Shown: positions 38,169 through 47,845 of the stretch, piece by piece
How the letters are laid out: each line of letters begins with the position of its first letter
Numbering within the stretch: position 1 is the stretch's first letter
DNA from: Patescibacteria group bacterium
GTDB lineage: Bacteria > Patescibacteriota > Patescibacteriia > Patescibacteriales > JBAZCA01
Direction: 5' to 3'
Assembly: GCA_041661505.1 (NCBI GenBank)
Contig: JBAZUF010000001.1
Span: 177,576 to 241,575 of the forward strand
DNA length: 64,000 nt
Notes under the pieces: generated by a model
The model's database searches: none
What the model was told of the DNA's origin: nothing
The model's input: only the letters and a program-made list of their open reading frames with translations
Translations under genes and position numbers: made by a program

Positions 38169-38885
38169 TTAAAAGCCGCCATTTTTAACAATCATCATTT
38201 CCCCGAACAGCTCGTCCTGCTCAATGACAATATTATTTTGCTTGGCGAGCTCGAGCATAGCCAGAAAGGAAACAATAATTTCGGTTTTTGATTCGGCTTT
38301 CTCCAATAGCCTTTTAAAATTGAACTTAATCTTTTCGGTAAGGATCTTTTGGATAAGCAGTATCCGGTCTTCGATGTTTATCACCGCCTCAAGCTTTTTT
38401 TCATCCAAATCCGCCTGGGCCGGCTTGACGCGCTCAATAATTTCCGCTAAACAGGAAGCCATTATCCCGGCCGTCAAATTTTTTGGCGGCGAAAAATTAT
38501 TAATCGATAAAACGATGGCTTTACGGTTAAACTCCCGGGGGAACATAAAATTGTTTTTCTTCAAAATCGCTTCAATCGATTTAGCCGCTTCGAGGTATTC
38601 CTTATACATGCGAAGCTGGCGCTCCAGGTCGTCATTGTCCTCTTCATCGTCAGTTTCAATATAAGGAAACAAGGCTTTGGATTTTATGAACAAAAGCCGG
38701 GCGGCCAAAACTAAAAAATCAGCCATTTCGCCCGGTCTGATGGCTGGTGAATTTTTTACGAGATCAATGTACTGGTCGGTAATTCTTGCCAGGCTGATTT
38801 TAGTGATATCTAATTCCTCCTTTTCAATTAGTTTTAAAAGCAAATCCAAGGGGCCTTCGAATTTTTCGATTTTTATGTTTAGCAT
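38169..38885 (-). CDS. scpA: Segregation and condensation protein A (kleisin)
   Basis: KIEKFEGPLDLLLKLIEKEELDITKISLARITDQY. Confidence 0.85.
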   Translation of the reverse strand: MLNIKIEKFEGPLDLLLKLIEKEELDITKISLARITDQYIDLVKNSPAIRPGEMADFLVLAARLLFIKSKALFPYIETDDEEDNDDLERQLRMYKEYLEAAKSIEAILKKNNFMFPREFNRKAIVLSINNFSPPKNLTAGIMASCLAEIIERVKPAQADLDEKKLEAVINIEDRILLIQKILTEKIKFNFKRLLEKAESKTEIIVSFLAMLELAKQNNIVIEQDELFGEMMIVKNGGF

Positions 38886-38960
38886 TATTAATTTAGCCGG
38901 CCAATCTTTTTAATCGCTTCTGAAGCGGCAGCGCGCCGTTTAAAGAGGCTTTGGCAAGCC

Positions 38961-39578
38961 CTATTTTAGTTTGGCCAATTTCTTTTTAATTCCGAATTTT
39001 CCCAAGATTGGTTTTTCCAGTTTCAAAAAATCTTTCAGCTTCATCTCGATTGAATGGTTATGCTGGCCGGAAGAAAAAACCAGCTTCTTCGCCTTTTCCA
39101 AATTTTTTTCCGCCACTACCGGAAGGTTGTGCAATCCGCCGAAAGCGGTAATAGCCATATTTTTCGCCTTGACTACTTCGGCCATTATTTCTTCTCCGGG
39201 AATTTTTATCATCTTCACTTTCCGATCGCAGGCCTTGCCGATTACCGCCCCCAATTTTTTCATATCCAGATTGCGGTCAGCCGGAAGAATTGCCACGTAA
39301 TAATCCTTATCGGCCTTAACTAAAAGCGACTTGGCGATTTCATCCAATTTTTTTTTCATGGTCGCGGCCGCGTCATAAGCCGTATAAACGGTCTTGTGGA
39401 CTAGAACGCTATGGCTGACTCCGGCCTTTTCCAAATAAGCTAAGAGCCTGGCCGGAAGAATCGGGTTTTTTGCCGGGACTTTAACCCTAGCTCTTCCCGG
39501 CTTTACCGGCCCCGGACGTTTCGGTTTGCCCGAACGCGATTTAACAACCGGAGTTTTGCGCTTTTTTCCTTTTGCCAT
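38961..39578 (-). CDS. YbaK/ProX-type aminoacyl-tRNA editing (deacylase) domain protein with a basic N-terminal extension
   Basis: AKSLLVKADKDYYVAILPADRNLDMKKLGAVIG fits the YbaK pattern. The N-terminal 40 aa are Lys/Arg/Pro-rich. Confidence 0.6.
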   Translation of the reverse strand: MAKGKKRKTPVVKSRSGKPKRPGPVKPGRARVKVPAKNPILPARLLAYLEKAGVSHSVLVHKTVYTAYDAAATMKKKLDEIAKSLLVKADKDYYVAILPADRNLDMKKLGAVIGKACDRKVKMIKIPGEEIMAEVVKAKNMAITAFGGLHNLPVVAEKNLEKAKKLVFSSGQHNHSIEMKLKDFLKLEKPILGKFGIKKKLAKLK

Positions 39579-39669
39579 ATAATTGAAAATTAACTAATAT
39601 CCAATAATTCCCGGGAAACCCGCGGCTTTAAAAGCCGGGCGCCGTCCCGCATCTTTAGAGAATTAATCA

Positions 39670-40695
39670 TTACTGGTTTATCGGCTTAGCGGCGGAAATC
39701 GGATTCTTGATTTCTTCGGCTTTTTTGGTAAAGCATTGGCGGCCGGCGTCATGCTGCCAGCGCTGGTCAATATAGGGATCAATTTGTTCGGAACTGTCTT
39801 TGGCTTTGTTGGACAGGCTGAAGTCGGCGCAAATCTCATAGCTGTCCTTAGTTTTCTTTTTATACTCGAATTCTTTCCCGGTCTGGGGGTCTTTTATTGA
39901 ATCTTCGGTTAGATATATTTCCCTCGAAACGTCCCCAAACAGGTCTCCTAATTTTTCCGGAACGGATTTTGATTTATTGAAGTAAGAGTTTATGGCCGAA
40001 TCAACCTGATCCAGGTTTACCGCCACTTGCCGGTCATGGTTTCTCGCCCGGACTGTCGCGGGCGATTCGATGTAAAAAAAGCTGGCGGTAAGCGCCGCAA
40101 CCACTAAAACCAGCGAGCCATAAAAATAAATCTGAAGGATGCTGTCCTTTTTCTTCTCTACTTCTTTTCGGCGGATATCGTAAAAATAAAAGGAAAAAAT
40201 AACGGCCGAAATTAAAATTGACGTTAAGGCTTTCAAGATGAACTTGACAGTGAGCTCGCCGTTTAAAAAATTATTTAAGGTGGCGATCAGCCAGCCGATC
40301 ATGACGATAATTGAGACCAGTAAAATAAAATAGGTGAGCCATTTCCGGACGCCGGAATCTTTGCCTAGGCTTCCGTCTTTTAAATTCTTAAAAATCTGCC
40401 AGATAGTCAGGTAAAAAATCGGGGCGGCGATAATTAAAGCGGAAATGGCAAAGCGCAGAGCCCCGGAAGAAAACTGGCCGGGCTGATACATGCTTAAGGC
40501 TAAAGGGTCGGCCACGGTTTTGTTGATGATTTGGAAAATAATCATCCCTACTGAAACAGAGGTGAAAGTAAGCGCCACTAAAGAAAGCAGGTAAAAGAAT
40601 GCGAACTTGGCGGCATTTTGGTTTGAGTCCATAGTTTTTGCGGCCGCGAATAAAATGACGGCTAAAACGATAATAATAAGCGCCAGGCTGGCCAT
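39670..40695 (-). CDS. Multi-pass membrane protein (DUF5671-like), C-terminal extracytoplasmic domain
   Basis: Several TM helices (FAFFYLLSLVALTFTSVSVGMIIFQIINK). The ATG at 40695 is used because the track start at 40794 is a TTG lying next to a hairpin. Confidence 0.4.
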   Translation of the reverse strand: MASLALIIIVLAVILFAAAKTMDSNQNAAKFAFFYLLSLVALTFTSVSVGMIIFQIINKTVADPLALSMYQPGQFSSGALRFAISALIIAAPIFYLTIWQIFKNLKDGSLGKDSGVRKWLTYFILLVSIIVMIGWLIATLNNFLNGELTVKFILKALTSILISAVIFSFYFYDIRRKEVEKKKDSILQIYFYGSLVLVVAALTASFFYIESPATVRARNHDRQVAVNLDQVDSAINSYFNKSKSVPEKLGDLFGDVSREIYLTEDSIKDPQTGKEFEYKKKTKDSYEICADFSLSNKAKDSSEQIDPYIDQRWQHDAGRQCFTKKAEEIKNPISAAKPINQ

Positions 40696-40794
40696 TTTAT
40701 TCTTGGCTAAGATTATATGAAATCTTAAATCTAATATAATTATATCATCCTTTTTGCGAAAATCAAAGCCTTCCTGCCCTAAAAAAGGCTTCAA

Positions 40795-40828
40795 GAATCA
40801 CCCTGCCTTAAACCGGGCAGGGTGATTC
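40795..40828 (-). terminator. Strong hairpin downstream of yqeY (probable terminator)
   Basis: A perfect 13-bp stem gaatcaccctgcc/ggcagggtgattc with an 8-nt loop. A U-run on the minus strand begins 8 nt after the stem. Confidence 0.45.
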
Positions 40829-40880
40829 TATTTAGAAAAAATATTTTTAAGAGGTTATTTATCTTTTCCAGTCTGATTAA

Positions 40881-41333
40881 TTACTGCCCTGCCGCTTTCT
40901 TTACCATAGCGCTTACCCGGTTGCCGTCGGCTTTACCCTTAACTAAGGGCATAATTTTCCCCATTATTGCGCCGAAGTTAGCGCCCGCGCCCGCCTCCTT
41001 AACGGCTTTCATTACAATCGACTCCAGCTCTTCGTCCGCCATCTGTTCAGGCAGATAAGTCTCCAAAATATTCATTTCTTCTTTTTCGTTTTTCGCCAGT
41101 TCCGGCCGACCGCCTTTCTCATAAGCCTCGATTGAATCGCGGCGTTTTTTTATTTCGCTGGATATTACTTCCATTGCCTGGTCATCCGATAATTCTGCCT
41201 CTCCGCCCTTGCGCAAAGAAATTTCTTTCATTTGAATCGCACTACTAAGCATCCTTAAAACACCGAGTTTTTTCTCTTCTTTGGCGCGCATGGCGGCCAC
41301 GAGATCAATTTTAATTTTTTCTTTTAGGGTCAT
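40881..41333 (-). CDS. GatB/YqeY domain protein
   Basis: LKEKIKIDLVAAMRAKEEKKLGVLRMLSSAI...NFGAIMGKIMPLVKGKADG. Confidence 0.85.
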   Translation of the reverse strand: MTLKEKIKIDLVAAMRAKEEKKLGVLRMLSSAIQMKEISLRKGGEAELSDDQAMEVISSEIKKRRDSIEAYEKGGRPELAKNEKEEMNILETYLPEQMADEELESIVMKAVKEAGAGANFGAIMGKIMPLVKGKADGNRVSAMVKKAAGQ

Positions 41334-41337
41334 AAAA

Positions 41338-43128
41338 TTAATCGATTTTTATCCTAATATGCAGATCCCTTAACTGTTTCTCGTCAACATCCGACGGCGA
41401 ACCCATGAGTAAATCTTTTCCGCGGCCATCCTTAGGAAAGGCGTAAATATCGCGGATTGAGTCTAAATCGTTTAAGGCCATGAAGATGCGGTCTACGCCG
41501 GGCGCGTTGCCGCCGTGCGGCGGAGCGCCGAATTCAAAAGCCCGGATTATCGCGCCGAACTTAGCGTCCACTTCTTCCCGGGTGTAGCCCGCTATTTCAA
41601 AGGCTTTGTACATGATTAGAGGTTCATGATTTCTTATGGCCCCGGACGAAACTTCAAAGCCGTTTAAAATTAAATCATATTGGTAAGCCAGTATTTCCAA
41701 GGGTTTTTTCGATTCCAAGGCCTCTAAACCACCCTGGGGCATAGAGAAAGGATTGTGGCTAAAATCAATCTTTCCCGGCTCAATTTCGGACATATCATAC
41801 ATAGGAAAATCGACGATCCAGAGCCATGTTGCTTTCTTTTTGTCTTTAAGTTTCAGCTTGTCGGCACAAGCGCCGCGCACAACGCCTAGGGCATCGCAGA
41901 CCGTCCGCCAGTTATCGGCGCCGAAGAAAATTATATCACCGGCTTTGGCTTCCACATCTTTTATGATTTTCGCGGTCAGATCATCGCCTAAAAATTTAAT
42001 TATCGGCGATTGCAGTTCAGTCTCGCTTCGTACCACAATATAAGCTAATCCTTTAGCGCCTTTAGTTTTTGCCAGTTCAGTTAATTCGTCAATTTGCGAT
42101 CTGGTAAACTTCGCGCCCTTGTCCACTTTTAAGGCGTGCACCACGCCGCCGGATTCCACGGCACTAGCGAATACGCTAAAACCACAGCCACGCACCAGAT
42201 CCGTGACCGGCTTAATTTCCAGGTCAAAACGCAAATCCGGTTTATCGCTGCCGTAGCGGGTCATGGCGTCGCGCCAAGCCAGGCGCTTTAAGCTTCCGTC
42301 ATCATTCAAGCCGAACATTTTTTTCTTACTGAATTTTTTGGTAATGTCCTTGACCCAGGGTTCCATGATTTGGAAAACATCGTCCTGCTCCACAAAGCTC
42401 ATTTCCATATCCAGCTGGTAAAACTCGCCGTAGTGCCGGTCCATCCGCGGATCTTCGTCCCTGAAACAGGGCGCGATTTGGAAATATTTATCCAGCCCGC
42501 CGACCATCAATAGCTGCTTAAACTGCTGGGGGGCTTGAGGCAGGGCGTAAAACTTGCCTGGGTAAAGCCGCGACGGGACTAAAAAATCCCTTGCGCCTTC
42601 CGGCGAAGAGTTGGCTAGTATCGGGGTCTGCACTTCTATGAACCCGAGCTGTGAAAAATATTTCCTGGTAAACTGAAAAAATTTATCTTTCTTAATTAAT
42701 AGCTTCTGCAGTTCTTCGCGGCGCAGGTCGATAAAGCGGTATTTTAGCCGAAGCGCTTCATTAGCTTCGGTAACTTTTTCTTCGTCAATTTCAAAAGGCG
42801 GAGTTTTGGCCGCGGATAAAATTTCCAAACTTAAAACGCCCACTTCAATCTCACCGGTTTTTAGTTTTTTATTGACCATGTCTGCCGGCCGTTCAAGCAC
42901 TTTTCCCGACACTCGGATTACCCATTCGCTTCGCAAGTTCTCGCCTTTTTTCCAGGCTTCATCATTTATTTCCGGATCGAATTTAATTTGCGTCAGGCCG
43001 TAGCGGTCGCGCAGATCAATAAAAATAATTCCGCCGTGGTCTCTCCGGCGGTGCACCCAGCCGGTTAAAGTAACGCTTTGGCCGGCATTTGTTTTGTTTA
43101 GCTCTCCATTGGTGTGGGTTCGCATCAT
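41338..43128 (-). CDS. aspS: Aspartate--tRNA ligase
   Basis: GWVHRRRDHGGIIFIDLRD, FRDEDPRMDR, GAPPHGGNAPGVDR. Confidence 0.95.
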   Translation of the reverse strand: MMRTHTNGELNKTNAGQSVTLTGWVHRRRDHGGIIFIDLRDRYGLTQIKFDPEINDEAWKKGENLRSEWVIRVSGKVLERPADMVNKKLKTGEIEVGVLSLEILSAAKTPPFEIDEEKVTEANEALRLKYRFIDLRREELQKLLIKKDKFFQFTRKYFSQLGFIEVQTPILANSSPEGARDFLVPSRLYPGKFYALPQAPQQFKQLLMVGGLDKYFQIAPCFRDEDPRMDRHYGEFYQLDMEMSFVEQDDVFQIMEPWVKDITKKFSKKKMFGLNDDGSLKRLAWRDAMTRYGSDKPDLRFDLEIKPVTDLVRGCGFSVFASAVESGGVVHALKVDKGAKFTRSQIDELTELAKTKGAKGLAYIVVRSETELQSPIIKFLGDDLTAKIIKDVEAKAGDIIFFGADNWRTVCDALGVVRGACADKLKLKDKKKATWLWIVDFPMYDMSEIEPGKIDFSHNPFSMPQGGLEALESKKPLEILAYQYDLILNGFEVSSGAIRNHEPLIMYKAFEIAGYTREEVDAKFGAIIRAFEFGAPPHGGNAPGVDRIFMALNDLDSIRDIYAFPKDGRGKDLLMGSPSDVDEKQLRDLHIRIKID

Positions 43129-43192
43129 ATCTTGTAAAATAATTAGGTTTGCCTGAAGCTTAGCCTTATCTTAGCTTAATTTATTCGAAAAA

Positions 43193-43951
43193 TCAATTAT
43201 TAACAAGTAAAATAAGTGGGCGCAGGCGGCCGATAAATTCCGCTTCCAGCCGGCCGCTTCCTTTAATAAAAGAAAGTTCGCTTAAGCTTTTAGCCCCGGC
43301 GAGCCTTAATAATTTTATGCAGTTTTCCGTTAAGGCTAAAGGCCTTCCTTCCCGGCCATAATTCGCGCGCCGGGCCGCCTCGCCGGAGCCGGTTTCTTTG
43401 GTCTGGCACCCCGGGCAGACCAATCCGCCTTTTTCAAAATCAATAATATTTCCTTCCCGGCCTATTTTTTCCCGGCAATCGACGCAAAAATATAATTCCG
43501 GCTGATGCCCCAATTCGCCGAAAAGCTTAAGGACAAAAAGATGAAATAAAAAATCGGGGTTTATTTTATTTTTTCTGTCAGCCATTTTTAAAAAATCCAA
43601 AAGGAGAAAAAAAATTTTCTCATCCGGCTCATTTTCTTTTAGGAGTCGGTCAAAAATCTTTAGCGCGCGCCCGGCCGCCGCCAGCTTCAGGAGGTTTTTT
43701 TTAATCCCCGGGAAGGCTTCGGCGCAAACCGCCGATCCGGCATATTCCAATTGCCGGCCGCGGATGGCCATAATTTCGGAATAGCAAAACGGCTCAAGAT
43801 GGCCGGAGAGTTTTGATCCAATTTTTTTCGCCCCTCTGGCCACCAGCGCGAGCTTTCCTTTTTCCAGGCTGTAAATTATTATTTTCGAATCGCATTCCCT
43901 GAAAGGCTCTCTTTTTAAAATTATCGCTTTTAAATTACAGGTTTCATTCAT
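43193..43951 (-). CDS. recO: DNA repair protein RecO
   Basis: N-terminal OB-fold pattern KAIILKREPFRECDSKIIIYS, plus Zn finger CVDC...CPGC. Confidence 0.8.
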   Translation of the reverse strand: MNETCNLKAIILKREPFRECDSKIIIYSLEKGKLALVARGAKKIGSKLSGHLEPFCYSEIMAIRGRQLEYAGSAVCAEAFPGIKKNLLKLAAAGRALKIFDRLLKENEPDEKIFFLLLDFLKMADRKNKINPDFLFHLFVLKLFGELGHQPELYFCVDCREKIGREGNIIDFEKGGLVCPGCQTKETGSGEAARRANYGREGRPLALTENCIKLLRLAGAKSLSELSFIKGSGRLEAEFIGRLRPLILLVNN

Positions 43952-44324
43952 TTTGGTTTTGGTCCAAATAATTTTGTAAAATCAGCATGGCTGAAACCGC
44001 GTCGCGCTCCTGGCCGATGTTCTTCTTCATCAAAGCGTCCGCTTCCCGGCTGGACAGCCTTTCATCAATCACCTCAATCGTAACCGCTGTCTTTTTTTTC
44101 AATTCATCGGCGAATTTTACCGCTTCTTTGGCGGTTTCGCCGTTCTGGCCGGATAGGGTGAGCGGCAGTCCTATAATAATTTTTTCAATCTGTTCTTCTT
44201 TAACGGTTTCAATCACCTCGTCCGCATTTTTTACGACGCGAAAAGGAATAGCCATTTTTGTTTCCGAATCAGCCATAGCGAGCCCAATCCTCTTTTTTCC
44301 CCAGTCAATTCCTAAATATCTCAT
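43944..44324 (-). CDS. ruvX: Holliday junction resolvase-like nuclease RuvX/YqgF
   Basis: MRYLGIDWGKKRIGLAMAD...IIIGLPL...DERLSS. ATG at 44324. Confidence 0.85.
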   Translation of the reverse strand: MRYLGIDWGKKRIGLAMADSETKMAIPFRVVKNADEVIETVKEEQIEKIIIGLPLTLSGQNGETAKEAVKFADELKKKTAVTIEVIDERLSSREADALMKKNIGQERDAVSAMLILQNYLDQNQNE

Positions 44325-44401
44325 AAATTTAATTAAGTTTATAAGCGAGCAAATATTTACAATTTCGTGCGAGGACTTAAGCCAGCCCCCAATGCGAGTG
44401 A

Positions 44402-45295
44402 TCACAATAAAGTTAAAATCTCAAAACCTTTTTCCGTTACGGCTACGGTATGCTCAAAGTGGGCGCTCAAACTCCCATCTTTGGTATAAATGGTAAAACC
44501 GTCGGCCTCCCCTTCCACTTCGAAGCGGCCGGCGTTGACCATCGGTTCAATAGCAATCACCATGCCCGGCTTTAAAATCAAATCTTTAAACCCCTTTTCC
44601 CGGGGCACGAAATTGGGAATCTGCGGATCCTCATGTACCTCATAACCCACTCCGTGGCCGACCAGCTGACGTACTACGGAAAAACCGTGGCGCGAAACAT
44701 GTGTTTCGATTGCCCGGCCGATATCAGAGAGCCTGTTGTTCGGCCTAACCTGCCTGATGCCTAATTCCAAAGCCTCGCGGGTAGCTTTTAATAATTTTTC
44801 CTGCTCTTTGCCGATCTTCCCGACTCCGGCAGTCAAAGCCATGTCGGTTATAAATCCCCCGTCTTTGGAATATTTGTTGCGCGGCGGATTCGGCGCGGTT
44901 GTTACCATAAGAGGCTTGCCCGCCGACCTGCCCGGCCATTCTGGCCGGGAACGGGCGGGAGCCTTGGCGCAGGCGGGATACTCCATGCCGATGTCGATAG
45001 ATATCAAGTCGCCTTCATCCAGTTTCCGGGAAGGCAGGGCAGGCCCGTGCACCACCTCATTATTTATGGAAGTGCAAATTGAAGTGGGAAAGCCCTTAGC
45101 GCCGGCCCCTTGCTTATAGCCTTTAAAAGCCGGCTTGCCGCCCGCTTCGGTTATCCACTTAAAAGCCAGCTCTTCCAGATACCCGGTAGTTGCGCCGGGC
45201 TCAATTTCTTTGGCTAAATTATGAAGAATGCGGGCGAGAATTTTCCCTCCCTCCCGCATCACCGCGATTTCTTCTTTTGTCTTTATATAAACCAT
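44402..45295 (-). CDS. map: Methionine aminopeptidase type I carrying a ~39-aa insertion between the two Asp metal ligands
   Basis: VVHG, LISIDIG...(insert)...FITDMALT, VGHGVG, IEPM and EHTV. Confidence 0.9.
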   Translation of the reverse strand: MVYIKTKEEIAVMREGGKILARILHNLAKEIEPGATTGYLEELAFKWITEAGGKPAFKGYKQGAGAKGFPTSICTSINNEVVHGPALPSRKLDEGDLISIDIGMEYPACAKAPARSRPEWPGRSAGKPLMVTTAPNPPRNKYSKDGGFITDMALTAGVGKIGKEQEKLLKATREALELGIRQVRPNNRLSDIGRAIETHVSRHGFSVVRQLVGHGVGYEVHEDPQIPNFVPREKGFKDLILKPGMVIAIEPMVNAGRFEVEGEADGFTIYTKDGSLSAHFEHTVAVTEKGFEILTLL

Positions 45296-45349
45296 ATAAC
45301 AACCTCATTACCCAACTAACGGCTTTCGGATCCGCAAGCATGAACGCGC

Positions 45350-46012
45350 CTATCCGATGCTTGTTTCTTTCAGTCTTTTTTCAATTTCTTCGGCAACTTC
45401 TTTTATCGGCGGCTCTCCGTTTATTATTATCAGCTTACCGCTTTTTTTCCAATAGTCAATAACCGGATCGACGTTTTTATGGTAAACTTTGAGCCTTTCC
45501 TTTATTACTTCCGGCTGGTCGTCCGGCCGGACAACGAGTTTAGTCCCGCAGACGTCGCAGATTTCATCATTTTTCGGCGGTTTATAAATCATATGGTAAG
45601 TCGCCCCGCAAGCGCAAGCCCTTCTTCCGCCCAAGCGCTTTATCACTTCGTCATCGCTCACATCAACCAATAACGGCGTAACAACGGCCTCCGCTGTTTT
45701 TTTAAAAATACTTAAAAGAAAATCCTGCTGGTTCAAGGTGCGCGGATAACCGTCGAGGATAGCTCCTTGCCCGGCGTCTTTTTCCTTCAGGCGGTTATCG
45801 ATCATTTTCGCGACGATTTCATCAGAAACCAAATTGCCGGCGGCCATGATTGATTCCACTTCCTTTCCCAGCTCGGTTTTATTTTCGATTTCTTTCCGCA
45901 AAAGCACGCCGGTCGAAATCGTCGGCAGGTTGAGTCTTTTCCCTAAAATCTCCGCCTGGGTGCCTTTGCCTGATCCCGGCGGCCCGAACATGATGTAAAA
46001 ATTTTTTGCCAT
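45350..46012 (-). CDS. adk: Adenylate kinase (Zn-lid type)
   Basis: GPPGSGKGTQ and the lid CACGATYH...CDVCG. Confidence 0.95.
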   Translation of the reverse strand: MAKNFYIMFGPPGSGKGTQAEILGKRLNLPTISTGVLLRKEIENKTELGKEVESIMAAGNLVSDEIVAKMIDNRLKEKDAGQGAILDGYPRTLNQQDFLLSIFKKTAEAVVTPLLVDVSDDEVIKRLGGRRACACGATYHMIYKPPKNDEICDVCGTKLVVRPDDQPEVIKERLKVYHKNVDPVIDYWKKSGKLIIINGEPPIKEVAEEIEKRLKETSIG

Positions 46013-46056
46013 ATTTTATTTTATTTATTTCCTCGAATCGACGTTCTTTTCTTAAA

Positions 46057-46623
46057 TTAAAAAATCGGCCTTAAATTTCCCGAGGCGCTCGGCCTGCTCT
46101 TAACCACCGAGGCGCTGCCTTTCGATTTAACCGCTGAAGTTGAATTTCCCGGTTTGGCCGAGAATATCATTCCCTTGCTCATATCCTGGGTGCTTATTTT
46201 CCCTTGTCCGGCAATCCCGAAAGGTTTAGCTTTGTAGCCTAGCCCGGGATCATCAATCGGCGCCCGGCTGGAAAACGGAACGACCTTGTCTTTTCCTTTT
46301 TTTTGCGGCGGCGTCGCCTTCTGTCTTCCAGCTCTCTCGGCCGCCCGGGTATAGCCTTGCAAACGTTCTTTGTAGCTTTTAACATCAGCGTCAGTTACGC
46401 CTTTATTTTCACCCTTGAATTTGCGCATGGCTTCCCGAATATTATCATCGGTTAAATAACCATACTTTATCTTTTTTTCCAGCCCTCCTTTCATCGTATT
46501 AGCCATGGCTTTTTTATCGCTTGAATTTCTCAAATGCGCGGGAAGTCCGGGGGAAACTTTCTTCATAAATTTTTCCGTAGAAAATCCGGCCCCTCTTTCG
46601 GGTAAAATTTTTAGATTTGTCAT
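46057..46623 (-). CDS. Hypothetical basic protein
   Basis: ORF of 188 aa from the ATG at 46623, with no recognisable motif. It lies between the TerC-like gene and adk. Confidence 0.4.
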   Translation of the reverse strand: MTNLKILPERGAGFSTEKFMKKVSPGLPAHLRNSSDKKAMANTMKGGLEKKIKYGYLTDDNIREAMRKFKGENKGVTDADVKSYKERLQGYTRAAERAGRQKATPPQKKGKDKVVPFSSRAPIDDPGLGYKAKPFGIAGQGKISTQDMSKGMIFSAKPGNSTSAVKSKGSASVVKSRPSASGNLRPIF

Positions 46624-46634
46624 ATTTTTTAAAA

Positions 46635-47579
46635 TTATTTTACTGTTTTCTTTCCGCTGTTTCCGTTTAATAATTCTTTTTTTGATTTCCAAAAAAAATA
46701 ACCGATTACGGCAAAGGTAACTACCGGCGAAAGCCAGCTGGGGATGTGGAATTTAAAGCTGTCCAAGATCATGATAAGCCCGAGAAAAAAAATCGAATAC
46801 ATGGCGCCGTTTTTTAAAAACACGTATTGCTTAATCCTTTCAATATTGCCGATAGTCAGTTGGCGGACAACAATTGCGCCGATACCGTTGCCGATTAAGA
46901 TTAGGGGGACGGCCAGAGTAAAGGCAAAAGCGCCTAAAACCCCGTCGATGGAAAAAGTCGTATCAATCACTTCCAAATATAAAATCTTGCTGATATCAGA
47001 AAGCCCGTTTCCCTTGCCTAAAAGGTTTTTTTCGGCCTGGGCGGCATTTTCCTTAAAGCCGTGGGTAATGAAAAAAGCGGTCGAGCCGACTACGGCCCCA
47101 AAGGCCATCAGAGGATTTTCGTGCAAACCGGCCCAGACGGTGAAAGCGAGGATTACGGAGACGACCGCGTAAAACCAGACTCCTTGTGATTTAAAAAATC
47201 TTTCCCCGGGCAGGCCAAAATGTTTTTCTTCCATAAACAGCCAGTGGAAAAAAAGAAAAATTAAAAATATTCCTCCGCCGACTAAAAGAATCGGCGCCGA
47301 AGACTCAATCGACTCGGCCACTTTTGGGTCGCCGGAAAAAGTCGCGGTAAACGCCCCTAAAAATCCCAGTTCCGTATTAGTGGCCCAGACGATTAGCCAG
47401 GGCAAAAGCCCGCGGACGACGAATACGGCAAAAAGAATTCCCCATACTAAAAACCACTTCTGATATTTCGGCTTCATCGTTCCGAGCACTTCGGCGTTAA
47501 TAATGGCGTTATCAATACTCGATACCACTTCAAATAGCGTCAATCCGGCGATGGTGATTAGAATTGTTGCTAAATTCAT
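46635..47579 (-). CDS. TerC/DUF475-family integral membrane protein
   Basis: LFEVVSSIDNAIINAEVL and a second repeat, YLEVIDTTFSIDGVLGAFAF. Contains multiple TM helices. Confidence 0.65.
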   Translation of the reverse strand: MNLATILITIAGLTLFEVVSSIDNAIINAEVLGTMKPKYQKWFLVWGILFAVFVVRGLLPWLIVWATNTELGFLGAFTATFSGDPKVAESIESSAPILLVGGGIFLIFLFFHWLFMEEKHFGLPGERFFKSQGVWFYAVVSVILAFTVWAGLHENPLMAFGAVVGSTAFFITHGFKENAAQAEKNLLGKGNGLSDISKILYLEVIDTTFSIDGVLGAFAFTLAVPLILIGNGIGAIVVRQLTIGNIERIKQYVFLKNGAMYSIFFLGLIMILDSFKFHIPSWLSPVVTFAVIGYFFWKSKKELLNGNSGKKTVK

Positions 47580-47586
47580 AGGAATG

Positions 47587-47776
47587 ATAATGAAAAGGTA
47601 ATTTTTATGAGTGAGTTTTTGAAAAATTATGGTAAATATTGATGAAAAATTTTTGTTATAAAATTTTACTGTTTGAGCGAAGCGGAGCCGAGCGAGTTTA
47701 AAATTTTGTTAAAAAATTTTTCATCAATGCCATAATTTTTCAGTCAGCGAGTGAATAAAAATTACCTTTTCATTAT
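47587..47776. repeat. 190-bp long imperfect inverted repeat (MITE-like or structured-RNA-like) with AT-rich arms and a GC-rich centre
   Basis: Terminal 21-bp perfect arms ataatgaaaaggtaattttta / taaaaattaccttttcattat. Further perfect blocks are tgaaaaattatgg and attgatgaaaaattttt. The centre is gtttgagcgaagcggagccgagcgagttt. Confidence 0.7.
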
Positions 47777-47789
47777 AACACAAAAAAAG

Positions 47790-47824
47790 CCTTCAAAAAA
47801 CCAGCCCCTTTAAGCTGGTTTTAA
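47790..47824 (-). terminator. Intrinsic terminator after secY
   Basis: aaaaccagc-ccctttaa-gctggtttt, followed by a U-rich tract on the minus strand. Confidence 0.6.
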
Positions 47825-47845
47825 CCGAATGTCTTGCAAATTTTG

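Noticed and set aside
47580-47845. yybP-ykoY (Mn2+) riboswitch upstream of the TerC-family gene
   Set aside because: The conserved GGGGAGUAG and the distal conserved loops are absent. The region is instead one long AT-rich inverted repeat.
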